From contig NC_043005.1 in assembly GCF_006345805.1 (NCBI RefSeq), forward strand, positions 58,652,001 through 58,716,000: a DNA stretch of 64,000 nucleotides. The letters run 5' to 3'. The stretch comes from Octopus sinensis (Eukaryota). Shown one piece after another: positions 27,040-40,494 of this stretch (its first letter is position 1; every line of letters begins with the position of its first letter). The notes under the pieces were generated by a model. That model made no database searches. It saw only the letters and a list, made by a program, of their open reading frames with translations, and was not told where the DNA came from. Both the position numbers and the translations under genes were made by a program.

Positions 27040-27519
27040 AGAGAAATAATACATATACCAAGAGAATGATAAAGAGAGTGGTTAAATATATAGAAAGAGG
27101 GAAAGGCATAAAAAAGAAGGTGGGAGTGTGTGTGTGTGCATATGTATATGCATGTGTCTGTGCATGTGTGTGTGTTTGTGCGTGCATGTGAATGTATTTA
27201 ATAATAGCCAATAAATGATAGTTGGCTGGTTGGTGTCTCCAAGATTAGGTCTGGTTCCTCAACCATTCAGTTTCACAGAGAGTGGGAAATTTGTTGATCT
27301 AAAAGTTGAGTCATTTCTCATTGCAAATTATAGTTTTTGATTACTAATTATGGACAACCTTCTCTTTGAAATGTGAATTTTGAAAATCAAATTCATTTTC
27401 CTCAAGGCTGCACCATTTTAGAGCCTTTTAAAGCTAAACACATATACATAACCATGCAAATCCACATTTATATAGTAGATATATGTGTGTGTGTATGTAT
27501 ATATATATATATATATATA

Positions 27520-27732
27520 TACCAGAGTAAACACATAAATGTGAAACAAGGTGGAAAAAAGAGTACTCAAATACCAGTGGTAGAGTAATATGCTTTATTT
27601 TAAGCAGCAGAAAATTCAACAAAATCTGTTACTCTGAGTTTCTCGTTGCCGTCTAGCAAAAACTGTCTGATGAACGGCAACGAGAAACTCAGAGTAACAG
27701 ATTTTGTTGAATTTTCTGCTGCTTAAAATAAA

Positions 27733-27733
<1 letters not shown>
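27520..27733 (+). mobile_element. Family F fold-back element (perfect 60-bp arms)
   Basis: 27593-27652 is the exact reverse complement of 27674-27733, with a 21-nt spacer. (TA)n on both sides. Confidence 0.9.
27663..27700 (+). ncRNA. Type I hammerhead ribozyme motif
   Basis: CTGT-CTGATGA-ACGGCAACGA-GAAAC-TCAGA-GTA^ACAG. Stem I CTGT/ACAG; short stem II with a GCAA GNRA loop; predicted cleavage after 27696. Confidence 0.65.
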
Positions 27734-27774
<41 letters not shown>

Positions 27775-28980
27775 GATATAGATATATACACACATGCACA
27801 TATATACTTTTATATATATATGTTGAATCAAGTGAAATCATTGTCATGGCCAATGACAGTACTGCCTGATTGGCACCCATGCTGGTGGCACGTAAAAGCA
27901 CTATTTGAGCATGGTCGATGCCAGTGGCACCATTTGAATGTGGTCATTGCCAGTGCTGCTTGACTGGTCACATGCTGGTGCCATGTAAAAAGCACCATTC
28001 AAGCATGGTTATTACCATGCCACCTGACTGGCTACCGTACCGGTGGCACATAAAAGGCAGCATTCAGGCATGTTCAATGCCAGTACTGCCTGACTGGCCC
28101 TCATGCTGGTGGCATGTAAAAGCACCTACTGCACTCTCGGGGTGGTTGGCATTAGGAAGGGCCCCTAGTTGTAGAATCTTTGCCAAATCAAATTAGAGCC
28201 TGGTGCAGCCATCTGGCTTGCCAGTCCTCAGCCAAGCCATCCAACCCATGCCAGCATGGAGAGCAGACATTAAACGACGATGATGATATATATGTATATG
28301 TGTATATATATATATATTTAATATCATAAGAAAACTTTTGAGTGAATGAGAAATAATAATTTTTTTTTAATTTTCTATCTCGAGATAGTTTGTTAATAGA
28401 ATAGAATGTGGTTATGTTGATAAAACTTACAAAAATATAAATAAGCATATTTATTGCAAATATACAAATGAGAAAATTGTTTATTTAATTCTAAGTTACT
28501 AAACATATTTCTTTTGAAAATTAGTATTCGTTTCATAGTTTGGTACAAGCATAATGAAATGTGATAAAAGTTCGTTTATAATTATTGTATGCATGGCATA
28601 CTTTCTCATGTTATCCATGGTTGTAAAGGCACATGGCTGGATGGTTAGGGTTATTCAGTTCACAAGTGTAAGGTCATGAGTTCAATGTCTGGCAACATGT
28701 TGTGTCCTTGAGCAAGACTCTTTATTTCACATTGATCCAGTTCACTCAGCTGGCAAAAATGCATTGCACGTGTAATTCAAGGGTGCCAGCCTTGTCACAT
28801 TCTGTGTTATGCAAGAATATCTATGTATGTATACATGTGGGCATGTGTGTTTGTGCCTTCTTGTCATGACATCATGTGATATTTCTAAATGTTCATCACT
28901 GCCAGACAAGCAGTGCCCTTCATTTCTAATTTTTCTTGCAAACATATCCAGTTATGGAGAAATATTACTTTACATCACAT

Positions 28981-29303
28981 CATGGTTTCTCAACCATTTT
29001 TTTAATCAATGGACCCCTTTGATTTCTATTTCATTCTGGTGGACCTACATAACCATTTGGTAATTTAAATATAGATACTTCTTTCAAAATTCCTGTTTTG
29101 TTTTCCACACACTAACTTGTGTAGGTTGCACTATGTAAAATGCTAGAGAAAGAAACCTAGATGCTTCTTGCAATACATACCAATACATACATCTAAAGCA
29201 AATTTATTTTCAAGGGCTCTTCTAATACTGTTGTGGATCTACAATTTATATCTTGTTGCATAGACCCCAAAAATTTTATATGGACCTTGGTTGAGAACCA
29301 GTT
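28981..29303. mobile_element. hAT (Charlie-like) MITE
   Basis: Termini CATGGTTTCTCAACC ... GGTTGAGAACCAGTT resemble the CAGTGGTTCTCAACC-type TIR. Confidence 0.55.
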
Positions 29304-30885
29304 ATATACATGGAGGCAGTGAGCTGACAGAATTATTAGCATGCCAGAAAAAATGCTTAATAGCACTTCGTTTGCCTTTATGTTCTGAGTTCAAATCCCA
29401 CTGAGGCTGATTTTGCCTTTTCATCCTTTTGGGGGTCGATAAAATAAAGTACCAGTTGAACACTGGAGTTAAAGTAATTGACGTACACTCTCACCCTGAA
29501 ATTGCTGGTCTTGTGCCTAAAATTGAAACAATCATTACCTTATATAGAAACATGGTAAGGATTGGTGATAGGAGAGGACGTATGGCCACAGAAAATCTGT
29601 CTCAATGAATTCTGTCTGACCTATGAAAGCATGGAAAAGTGGACACTAAAACAATGTTGACAACGACGATGATGAGGATGATGACAATGATGACAACAGC
29701 AATGCCAACATATGTTATGAAAATCAAGTTGATTTGGCTCACAAGTTTTACTTATAGGCTTGTTCAATTAGTTACAGAATCTTTGTCTGCTAATGTTTTT
29801 ATGTAAGGAAGAAAACTTTGTCAAATATGAAAGGTGTGTGTAAGGTGGTTTTCTTTGTTTTTTGTCCTTTAGCCCAATTTTCTAGATGTGTGTAGTAGCA
29901 GTTATATTACTTCACCCCATTATTAGCTAGTTTGAAATTTACTATAAGTAATAGCTTTATTCATCTAAAACTGATTACTTTAAAGTTAGTTTATTTATCG
30001 TTTTCATTAAGATTTACACTACTCTTTGAAAAGGCTTCAAACGTCTTTAAGTAAGTCAATTGTTCTTATTAGTAAGAGAATCATACAATACTTATAGATT
30101 TTCATTTATATACCACATTTGCAATTGATAAGTCTACTATATAGCTACAAATTAGATTCTTATGGAGATCTTAAAAGATATAAACCTATTGCAGTTCTTT
30201 CCTTCTTCAGACATATATGTACACAGCAATTATTCTAGGAACTACAGACACCATCCCCACACACTTAACACACGTATTTAGAAAGTTAAATACTTTTTCA
30301 CATGAATTTCATATAACTTTTTTTAGAATATAAACTTTGTAAACTTTGAAAGCGTCACTCCATTTACAAGATATAGTGATCTGTGCTAAGCTATTGTTTT
30401 CAATGTGATCTTATAGTAACATATATCCAATAAACCTTTTCATCCTTATTTTCATTCTCAGCTTATTTAATATCCCCTTTCTTTTACTGACTTATCTACT
30501 TAATCTGAATCTTGAGCTCCACCATTTATTTAGTTTACAACCTTCATTGAAATGTTTTAAATAATTTTTGGGACTAAGATTTTCTCCCTATATTAAAACA
30601 CTAGCAGACAAATTGTAGTCAAGATGGTCTTCATTATAAATTTAACTTTACATCAATTATAGTCACATTATTAGTAAATGCTTGTTTGTTATTCTCAAAA
30701 GTGCTTTCAAACGATATAATTTTTAACATTTATGTACAATAAAATATAGATTTTCAGTTTATACATCATTAATATCTAGGAATACATTTAAATATATTTA
30801 TCAATGTACGTATGTATTAAATGTGTGTGTGTGTGTGTGTTAGTGTATATTTATGTATATGTGTGTGTGTTTGCGTATGTATGTA

Positions 30886-30920
<35 letters not shown>

Positions 30921-31321
30921 GATGATGATGATATATATGTATATATGTATCATAATCATCGTCGTCGTCATCATTTAATGGCTGTTTTCTATGCCAGCAT
31001 GGGGTGGACGATTTGGCTAGAACTGGCAAGCTGGAGAGCTGCACCAGATTCCAGTCGTGTGTTTTAAATTGGTTTCTATGGCTGGATACTCTTCCTAATG
31101 CCAAGAACTTTACAGAATGTACTGGGTGTTCTTTATAAGGTGCCAGATAAAAAGGACAGGTGTTTTTTATGTGGCATGGCACTGGTGCTTTTTATATGGT
31201 GTTGCACTGGTACATTTTACATAGCACCAGTACCAACAAGGTTACTAAGTAACTTGTAAGATGAAATCCCCTTTAGCTAGGAGGGGAGCTTTAACTAAGG
31301 GAGTTTAGGATATTATATATA

Positions 31322-31875
31322 CAGTAATGCCTAACTTTGTGAGGACCCACTTTACGAGATTCCAGGTTTATGAGTTTTATTTTACTATAAGTATAAAAAG
31401 GTTAAATAGCCATTCTGTGTGTGGCAATTTCACAAAAGTTTCTACTACCATAACAAATGCTTCTGCATGTTTCCAAACAAATTATAGAGTGTGAAAAAAG
31501 CTGCTTCTAAGCAAACAAATCTAGACTTGTCTTTTAAAAAGAAATCTACAAGTGTGTCTACAAGTGCTTGTGATTCGGTGATTGCATCTACAAGTGATGG
31601 TGTGCATGAGACTAGTGCAAGTGAAAGTAATTCAGAAAGTGATTATGATAATATTTTGTATTATAAATGATCTTGACATTCTTTTTTTTTACATAAAATA
31701 TTCTTTACATTTTACTGTTGTTTATTGTCATTTATTTATGAGTATTATAAACTTTATTGGTAGAATATATTTCTAGGAATGAATTACGATTTATGATATT
31801 GTTACAATGGGAAATTATTGCTCTGCTTTATGAGTTTTCACTTTACAAGCAGGCTCTGAGAACAAATTAACTCAT
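31322..31875 (+). mobile_element. pogo/Tigger-like internally deleted element
   Basis: TA|CAGTAATGCCTAACTTTGTGAG terminus. Contains KKAASKQTNLDLSFKKKSTSVSTS, resembling pogo C-terminal KQTTLDSFF. The right end runs into a microsatellite. Confidence 0.6.
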
Positions 31876-31884
31876 ATATATATA

Positions 31885-31932
<48 letters not shown>

Positions 31933-32701
31933 CGCGTGTGTGTGTGTGTGCATTACATACACACACACGCACGCACATGCACACACACACACACACACCC
32001 ACACACAGACAGACAGACAGATGTGAATATGTGTATTGTGTATATGTGTGTGAGTATGTGTATAGGTATGGTCAATCTTCAATCCTTCACTTTCTCTCTC
32101 ACATAACTTTCAACTTTTTCCTTCCTCTATCTGTCTTTGTTAACTTCTCACTACCACTCTCTCTTCTCTTTGCTCCCACAGTCATCTTTTCTTTGAACAG
32201 AGAGAGATAACTTAAAGTAGTCTTGCAATAGACAAGTAACTTCTCTAGTGTTGGTGCTATGACAAATTTTATGCAATACTTCCTGTAAGTTGGCTGGTGA
32301 ATGTATAGAAACAATATAGAGTAGAGAGGACTGTTTAGTCTTGCTGAATACATGACCATCTCTCCAATTCCCTCAGTACTTCCTGACGAGCAAGAACATA
32401 GAGCTGTAGAAGCGAAGCTCAAATAGAATGTAGGAATAAAGGGCAGCAACTTGAATAAGATCTGGCTCCGATGATGGCAACTCATGGAATTTATACCAGT
32501 ATTTTAAAAGTAGATGTAAAATGATAATGACAATGACAATGATGATATTCAGTTGCCCAATGCTGAGGCTTTTCTCAAAAGCTACCCTAAGCTTTCCACT
32601 TTCCTTTTCTGCCTTTCAAAATTTAATTTGGCTGCTGTGAAAATGAAAACGGGAGACTACTAAAAGTAGTAAAGAATAAAAACTCAGTTGAAAAGAAAAT
32701 G

Positions 32702-32739
<38 letters not shown>

Positions 32740-32740
32740 A

Positions 32741-32781
<41 letters not shown>

Positions 32782-33281
32782 ATATGCATGAATTTTTCTT
32801 TTTGCCTGTTTGTAAATACAAACACATGCAACACATCTAGATCCATACATACACTTATACAAACGTGCACATTTTCATGCATACATGCAAATATCAATGC
32901 TCGTGTGTGTAAGTATGTATATATACATATATATGTGTATGTGTGTGTATAAATATATATATATATATATATAAATATATATAAGGATATGCTGTGATCT
33001 TTTCAAAGATATCTCATGTAACCCACTCCTCCATGTTTTGTGTCTGGTATTTATATGTATTTGTGTGTACATGCCATGTATGAGTATGTGCCTGCCATAT
33101 GATTACTGTGCATGCATGCATGTATATATGTGTGTGTGTTTGTGTTTGTGTGTGTGTGGTATTAGTGGTGCTGTGCATGTTTATATCCACGAGACATTAT
33201 CATGTGTGTGCCTGCATGTGATTTTAGCTTTGGTGCAAAACACATGTATGCATGTATTTGCGTGTGTGTGTGTTTGTGTGT

Positions 33282-33320
<39 letters not shown>

Positions 33321-33839
33321 CATGTATATGCTTTTGTTGCTGTAGATTTTCTTCTGGGTAGATAACAGTTTGGAACCGTTCCTATTGCCCGTCTGTTTTT
33401 TGTCTTAGATTTTTTGATAATGTCATTCAGTTTTATCTCCGTTTGTCTATTATTGCACATGTACACATGAACATTATGTACATCTGTGCTTGCATGAGTG
33501 CATGCATATCTATACATGTCCCTGTACATATGATTATAGCTGCACATTATATATATATATACATACATACATGCATATATATATATACATGTATAGATAT
33601 AGATATATATATATATGTGTGTGTATATATATATGTACATATATATGCATATATATATATATATATATAAACACACAAACGCAGACACATACATGCATAT
33701 GCGTGTCCATGTACATGCAATCTTGTATAACATTAGTGAAACAAAAGTAGCATAGAAATGCAATTATGCACACCCTAAAATGACAATGCTGCACACACTT
33801 AAAGAATGCGAGGATGCGATAGAAACTCAGATGAAGCTG

Positions 33840-33991
33840 CTGGAAGCACGATGGTGGTGGTGATGGTGATGATGGTAGTGATGACGATGATGATGAAGAT
33901 GATGTTGATGATGATGACGATGACGATGCTGATGATAATGATGTTAATACATAAGCATAATTGCTAAGCAATATAAAAATATAATAATAAT

Positions 33992-34034
<43 letters not shown>

Positions 34035-34160
34035 CAACAATGATGATGATGATGATGATGATGACAATAATGATGACGATAATGTTGATGATGGTAGTGG
34101 TGGCAGTGGTAATGTTGGTGTGTTGGTGTTGACAGTGGTGGTAGTGATGATGATGATGAT
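33840..34160. repeat. Compound (GAT)/(TAA)/(GGT) microsatellite
   Basis: Direct reading of the sequence. Confidence 0.9.
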
Positions 34161-35149
34161 ATAAATTTGTAAAGAGTGTGAGGCGAAAATGAGATTTTCA
34201 CTTCCTTCATAAAGCGTTGTGGAACAAAAACCCTTTAGGGTAATAATGCTTACAAGTTTAAACTCTTTCATGCCTGCATTTCTAATGAAACACTTAACTT
34301 ATTGTGTACCCATAATTTTCAAAAATAATTTGGAAGAATTTTACGATAAACTAAATACTTCATTATTAATCGGATATTTGAGACACAATTTTTACAAAGC
34401 ATTCTTGGATAAAACAATGAGTAGATGTGTTAATTAAAATATGAGCACTTTTATCAAAAATGCCAGAGGCATTTTCGGTATGGTTTGCAACAAAATGTGA
34501 ATTCAAAATGACTTGTAAGAACTGAGGTTGAGGTGTAAAAGCTAAAGATATGCTGTGCGTAAACATGCAGGAAACTATTGCTAATGTTGTGAGGAATGGT
34601 GAGTTAGGAATAAAAGAAGAGCGGGCAGAGTTGATGGTTAGTTAAATATCAGAATGGTGTCATGTAGTCGCAGAATCGTTTGTTTATAAAAAACAAATTT
34701 CAGTTTCTTCTCAGTATAAAATGAAATATATAATCTCAAAACATATCAGGATAATATGAGAGCCTTCTATTGACTTACTTGGAAACTGTAGAAAGAAGAC
34801 CAGGAAAACGAAATGCCTGAACCAGTAATCAAACTTACTTTCACATGAGCCATTTTAAAGATAATGATGGCAGTGGGACCACTGTTAATTTCCAGGAATT
34901 TCAGTGAATGGGTATGTAAGATCAATTATATCATTTGGTACGAGAGAAAGCTGATAAATGTGAGCTGAGAATGTAAAACTGTAAAACAGCTTTGATTTAT
35001 ATATGCTTTCTGAAGGAATTCTCTAAATTCAACCTAATTTCCTAACAGTGATAGTTTTAGACAGGTGTTAACATACCCATCTAACAGAAATCAAATAGGT
35101 CTCATTTGCTGTTTGCTCCTACTTCTTTCTAGCTATTAACAAATACTTC

Positions 35150-35340
35150 CATGGACTGCAAAAGTGAGGTAGACTGAAAAAAATGTGGAGGAGGAGATTG
35201 GAAGGGTTGGCTTAAGAAGGGAGGATGTCCAAAATCGGGCAAGATAGCAAGATGGTGTGAGGGTGGTTGGTATGGCATTGAGGTAGATCTGGCCACCCCC
35301 GTTAACAGGGACGAAACCCGGACGATGATGATGATTGGTG
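35150..35340 (+). mobile_element. RTE-like LINE 3' end with (GAT)n tail
   Basis: VEEEIGRVGLRREDVQNRARWQDGVRVVG..IWPPPLTGTKPG, followed by GATGATGAT. Confidence 0.55.
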
Positions 35341-35399
35341 GTATCAGAGACAACATGAAAAATTGTCAGTGCTACTATCTGTCATTTTGTAATGTAAAC

Positions 35400-35645
35400 A
35401 AAAGACACTGCACATCATTATCTAAATTCATCTGGAAGTTCAAACAGAACGGAGTGGAGCATACAACCCAGTGGCTTATAATAAAAGCATGTTAGACCAT
35501 ACGATAGAACATTGTGGATGTGTAACTGGAGAAAACCCTGGAGATCATCACATCCAGAGTAAACATAATTAATAGACATTTTGAAGTAATTATATCATGC
35601 AAGCATAAAAGCAAGACTTCATTCCTGGCATTCAAAAAGAACATT
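35400..35645 (+). mobile_element. Decayed Penelope GIY-YIG endonuclease C-terminus
   Basis: TSLSKFIWKFKQNGVEHTTQWLIIKAC*...LEKTLEIITSRVNIINRHFEVIISCKHKSK. Same motif order as 41069-41464. Confidence 0.7.
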
Positions 35646-36151
35646 CTGAAACAAAACATGCTAACCCTCATTAGCATCTAATGGAACAAGAGAAGAACAT
35701 ATAAAACAACTAAGCAAAAAACAAAAAAAACAAAAAAAACACAATTATTTTCCTATTATCATTGTAATAAAAAAAAAACCTTTAGGAAAGCATCATTTAT
35801 CAACTCAGACAATGAACTTCAACAACAAAATACATTTACTTCCTGACCCAACAAAATCTGAAATAATTGAGGAAGTACTTGCTGTGACCAAGGTCAAACC
35901 AATGAATTATATTACCCATCATGACATCTGCATACACACCTATAAAAACAAATCTAACAGTGCCACAAACTCCTCCCACTTTTTTTTTTATCATTACCAT
36001 TCCTTTCTCTCTTTCCATCTCCTTCTGTTCCTCCCTATCAAATTCACACAGAACTTCATAACCCTCTGCCACAGGTCCAACCATCTTAAAGTGCATGCTA
36101 CATCATTATGTAGTAATTGATTTCCACATACATCACATGAGTATCACCTGA

Positions 36152-36390
36152 CAAAGACAGCGAGCTGGCAGAAACGTTAGCATGCCGGGCGAAATGTGTA
36201 GCAGTATTTCGTCTGTCGTTATGTTCTGAATTCAAATTCTGCCGAGGTTGACTTTGCCTTTCATCCCTTCGGGGTCGATAAATTAAGTACCAGTTACGCA
36301 CTGGGGTCGATGTAATCGACTTAATCCCTTTGTCTGTCCTTGTTTGTCCCCTCTGTGTTTAGCCCCTTGTGGGTAGTAAAGAAATATATA
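36152..36390 (+). mobile_element. Family A SINE with 12-bp TSD
   Basis: TSD AGTATCACCTGA at 36140-36151 and 36391-36402. Confidence 0.9.
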
Positions 36391-36895
36391 AGTATCACCT
36401 GATTCCTTTAGTGCACAGTTTTGCTCTTGGATCTTACTTTGGTTACTACACATTCTGAACAACTACCTCTGCTAATTTTGTTACCTGTATAACAGAATTT
36501 ACTGATCAACTACACCTGGTGAGTCCACAAGGCATTTAAGAGAGTTTATTTCCAATGCACTCTTCATGTATATTGCTCCAGGGCATCTAATACATTTCAA
36601 GTATGTTCTCTATGTTTGTCTACCTGGGATTCCACATCTCTTGTGTGTCTGTAACTGGGTACAGTATGTGAAGTTTATGCCCTTTGAGGCATATTGAGCA
36701 TGGTCATTTTCCCTTATGATACTGGAATCCTGTTTTCTTTCTAATTTTTGAACCCCTTAATCTTTTCTAAGTTTGAATTTACACCTCTTGATTTCAGCTT
36801 TGCTTTCATGATTCTCTAATCCCAATGTATATTCAAGAATAATAACCACGCACACACACATGCACAAACAGGCACACACAGATATATATATATAT

Positions 36896-37128
36896 TATTT
36901 CTTTACTACCCACAAGGGGCTAAACACAGAGGGGACAAACAAGGACAGACAAACGGATTAAGTCGATTACATCAACCCCAGTGGGTAACTGGTACTTATT
37001 TAATTGACCCCGAAAGGATGAAAGGCAAAGTCGACCTCGGCGGAATTTGAACTCAGGACGTAACGGCAGACGAAATACGGCTACGCATTTCGCCCGACGT
37101 GCTAACGTTTCTGCCAGCTCGCCGCCTT
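36896..37128 (-). mobile_element. Family A SINE (CpG-rich copy)
   Basis: Full-length homologue of 710-928. Confidence 0.9.
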
Positions 37129-37345
37129 AGATATATATATATATATATATACATATATATAATGTATGTGTATGTCTCAGTATGTATATATATATATATA
37201 TATATAAAATGTATGTATTACATGTGTGTGTGTATATATATATTTATATATGTATGTATATATATATGTGTGTATGTATATACATATATATGTGTGTGTG
37301 TGTGTATATGTATGTATATATATATATATTATATATATATATATA

Positions 37346-38633
37346 TCAGGTCATTTCATAAGTTCTGTCTGAATTTTGAATAAAAAAACAAGCGATCAAA
37401 TGTTATATTTAATTGATATTTAATCATCAATGTACTTTCCCTGATTATCTATGACTTCCTTCCATCTATTTACAAATTTTTAAATCTCATTAATCTAAAA
37501 CTCTTTTGGTTTCAAAGTGAAGAACTTTGAAATGTCAGTTTTTGTCTCTTCCTGGCTTGTGAAAGTTATGTCCCCCAAATGATTTTGTAAACTATGAAAC
37601 AAATAGTAGTCTGAAGGGGGAAGGCTGGGAGAATAAGGTGGACAAGGAATTTTTTCCCAACAAAGCTCTTTGATCTTCTGTGATGTGATCTTTGCAGTGT
37701 GGTGTCACGCATGGTCCTGATGAAGCATCACTCCTTTTCGATTCACTAATGCGGGTCTTTTTTTCTTCAAAGCTTGGTTCAAACACTCTAATTGCTGACA
37801 GTAGACTTGAGCATTGATTGTTGCATTAGGTGGTAACAATTCAAAGTGAATTACTCCTTTGCAATCCCACCAGATAGAGAGAAGAACCTTTTTCCCATGA
37901 AGTTCCCTTCTCGGTTGTGGTTGAGCTTTTTCCCTTTTACAGAGCCACTGTTTATGATGTTTAACATTTCGATAGAAGATCCATTTTTCGTCACCAGTCA
38001 CAAGTCTATCGAAAAAGAGTGAAATGAATTCACAAGAATGGAGAGAAGAGCAGATGTCAACTTGGGATTTGCTGTTGCTTTCGGACAATTCATGAGGCAC
38101 CTATTTTACAAGTTTAGGAACCTTTCCAAGTTGTTGAAGATGACGACGAATGGTTGTATGGTTTGAACTAAGCTTTATTGCCAATTCCTCAACTGATAAT
38201 TCAGGATTTTCTTCAAGTAATGCCTCAAGGAGCTTATCCTCAAACTCAGCTCGATATCGTGTTTGATCTTCATCTTCAAGGCTGAAGTCTCCACTTCTGA
38301 ATTTTGCAAACCATCTACTGCAAGTTCTTTCATTCAAGCATTCTTTTCCATAAACTGAGTGTATGTTTTGAGTTGCTTCGGCTACAGAGTTTCCTTTTTT
38401 GTACTCATAAAGCATCATGTGCCTTAAATGCTCTTTGGATACTTCCACATTAGAAAGGATTTTAATCAAAGAAATTTTAATTCTATTATTCTGTAAAATA
38501 ATATTTAATTAGTTTAAATATACACAAATACATAAAAAATACTTTTTAATTCCATTAGACTTTTTAAAATACTATTAAATTTCATTCAGTTTTAAATAAG
38601 GTAAAATCGGACAGAACTTATGGGATGACCTGA
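37346..38633 (-). mobile_element. Full-length mariner element (1288 bp), transposase inactivated by stops
   Basis: TIRs TCAGGTCAT(TT/CC)CATAAGTTCTGTC at both ends with TA flanks. ORFs 38101-38469 and 37705-38100 are in frame and give the HTH region, W(stop)VPHEL, VTGDEKW, HQDHA(stop)PH and PYSPSLPPSDY (D,D34D type). Confidence 0.95.
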
Positions 38634-38656
38634 TATATATATATATAATGATAATA

Positions 38657-38719
<63 letters not shown>

Positions 38720-38759
38720 TGAGGGAATATCATTCCACACTTACAGGGAAAAATTCTAT

Positions 38760-39050
38760 TTAGAAATACTAAATCAAATTTCACAAAATAATATATATAT
38801 ATAAATTAGAAAAAAAACACCTTTTATCAATTCAATAATGAAAAATTAAATTATACCATCTAGAAAATTACATATTACAGAAAGATTAAATATAAGATAA
38901 AACATATAATGATGATTAAGTAATGTGCAAAATAATAAATAAAACGTATATATTTGGTAGAATAACGACACATGTTTTCTAGAAGGTATAATTTAATTTT
39001 TCATTATTGAATTGATAAAAGGTGTTTTTCTTTCTAATTTATATATGTAT
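38760..39050. mobile_element. Inverted pair of PLE pseudo-LTR fragments (same family as 45305-45625)
   Basis: 38760-38977(-) and 38978-39050(+) share GGTATAATTTAATTTTTCATTATTGAATTGATAAAAGGTG. The minus copy starts at GAAAACATGTGTC, the 3' half of the 45374 HHR. Confidence 0.65.
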
Positions 39051-39916
39051 ATATACAATCAACATCATCTGAATTGTTTTTATATCCACTTTTCCATAGT
39101 TGTAAAGATCAGACAACAAAATTCATTAACGCAGAGTTGCTATGGTTGTATGTCTTCCTGGTCACCCAAACCCTCACTTGTTTCTGAGCAAGATATTCTC
39201 CCATAGTCATACCATATGTTTTTCATGGAAGATTTTTCAAAGACAGAATTGTAGTCTTTTAATATTTGTTCTGTTTTTATAAGGTCCTATCTTATGGTAT
39301 GCAATGGTTTGTAACTGCCTGTTCTCTTCTTCCGATTTACTTAGATTACTCTGTAAGTTTTCCCTAAAAGTTTTGTTAGTCTCATCTTCATCAGCATCAA
39401 GTTTATGCAGATATCATCCACGTTACCCATAGAATGGCAAAGCTGTACTAATCTTTTGTGCTTTGATAGATAAGATTATTTGGTTTAAATCTTTCATTAT
39501 TTCTATCATATTTTTCACTTCCAACATTGTTTCAGCTTCCATTTTGATAACCGTCTCCAGCTGGCGAATAACTTTGGCCTTGGAGAAGTTTTAAGATGCC
39601 TGGGTCTTGTTCTTACAAAGCTGGAAACTATTAAATATACAGAGATAACTTAGCAGCCAAAACTTTGTCTAATGTATCTTTTAATAATTTAAAATGCTTT
39701 TGTTCAACAAGACTGTTTCTTTTGTCATTTTTATCTTTTTGACTCCTTTTCAACTGGTGTTTCCTTACAACTAACTTCACTGGAACTTATGGCTAAGCTG
39801 GCTATTGTACATGCATCACTCATTGTCTTGCTGGTTTTAATATTTAAAAATGATTTGTACAATATATATATATATACATACATACATACATACATTCATA
39901 CATACATACATACATA

Positions 39917-40132
39917 TGGCAGAAACGTTAGCACGCCGGGCGAAATGCGTAGCCGTATTTCGTCCGCCGTTACATTCTGGGCTCAAATTCCGCTGAGGTC
40001 GACTTTGCCTTTCATCCTTTTGGGGTCGATAAATTAAGTACCAGTTACGCACTGGGGTCGATGTAATCGACTTAATCCATTTGTCTGTCCTTGTTTGTCC
40101 CCTCTATGTTTAGCCCCTTGTGGGTAGTAAAG
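39917..40132 (+). mobile_element. Family A SINE (5'-truncated)
   Basis: Homologous to the other A copies. Confidence 0.85.
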
Positions 40133-40446
40133 ATATATATATATATATAGATATATATATATAGCAGGTGACGCACGAGGCACAAAGTTCCTAAGAGCAT
40201 TTCTCTCTCTTACTTCCACATATCTTCCTTCGTTTTCATACAAATCATTATATATGCAAATCATACACACACACACACACACATGGAAGCATAGGCATGG
40301 CTGTGTGGTAAGAAGCTTGCTTCTCAACCACATGGTTCTAGATTCAATCTCACTGTGTGGCACTTTGGGCAAGTGTCTTCTACTACAAACTCAAGTCAAC
40401 CAAGCCTTGTGAGTGAATTTGGTAGACGAGAACTAAAAGAAGCCCG

Positions 40447-40492
<46 letters not shown>

Positions 40493-40494
<2 letters not shown>

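Noticed and set aside
32325-32500. Peptide-like LAEYMTISPIPSVLPDEQEHRAVEAKLK*
   Set aside because: It is short, bounded by stops, has no donor and no recognised motif.
34219-34566. 72-aa (+) and 66-aa (-) ORFs
   Set aside because: No motif or convincing splice context; compatible with chance.
39200-39640. Possible Penelope RT N-terminal relic
   Set aside because: The resemblance is too weak and stop-ridden to call without a search.
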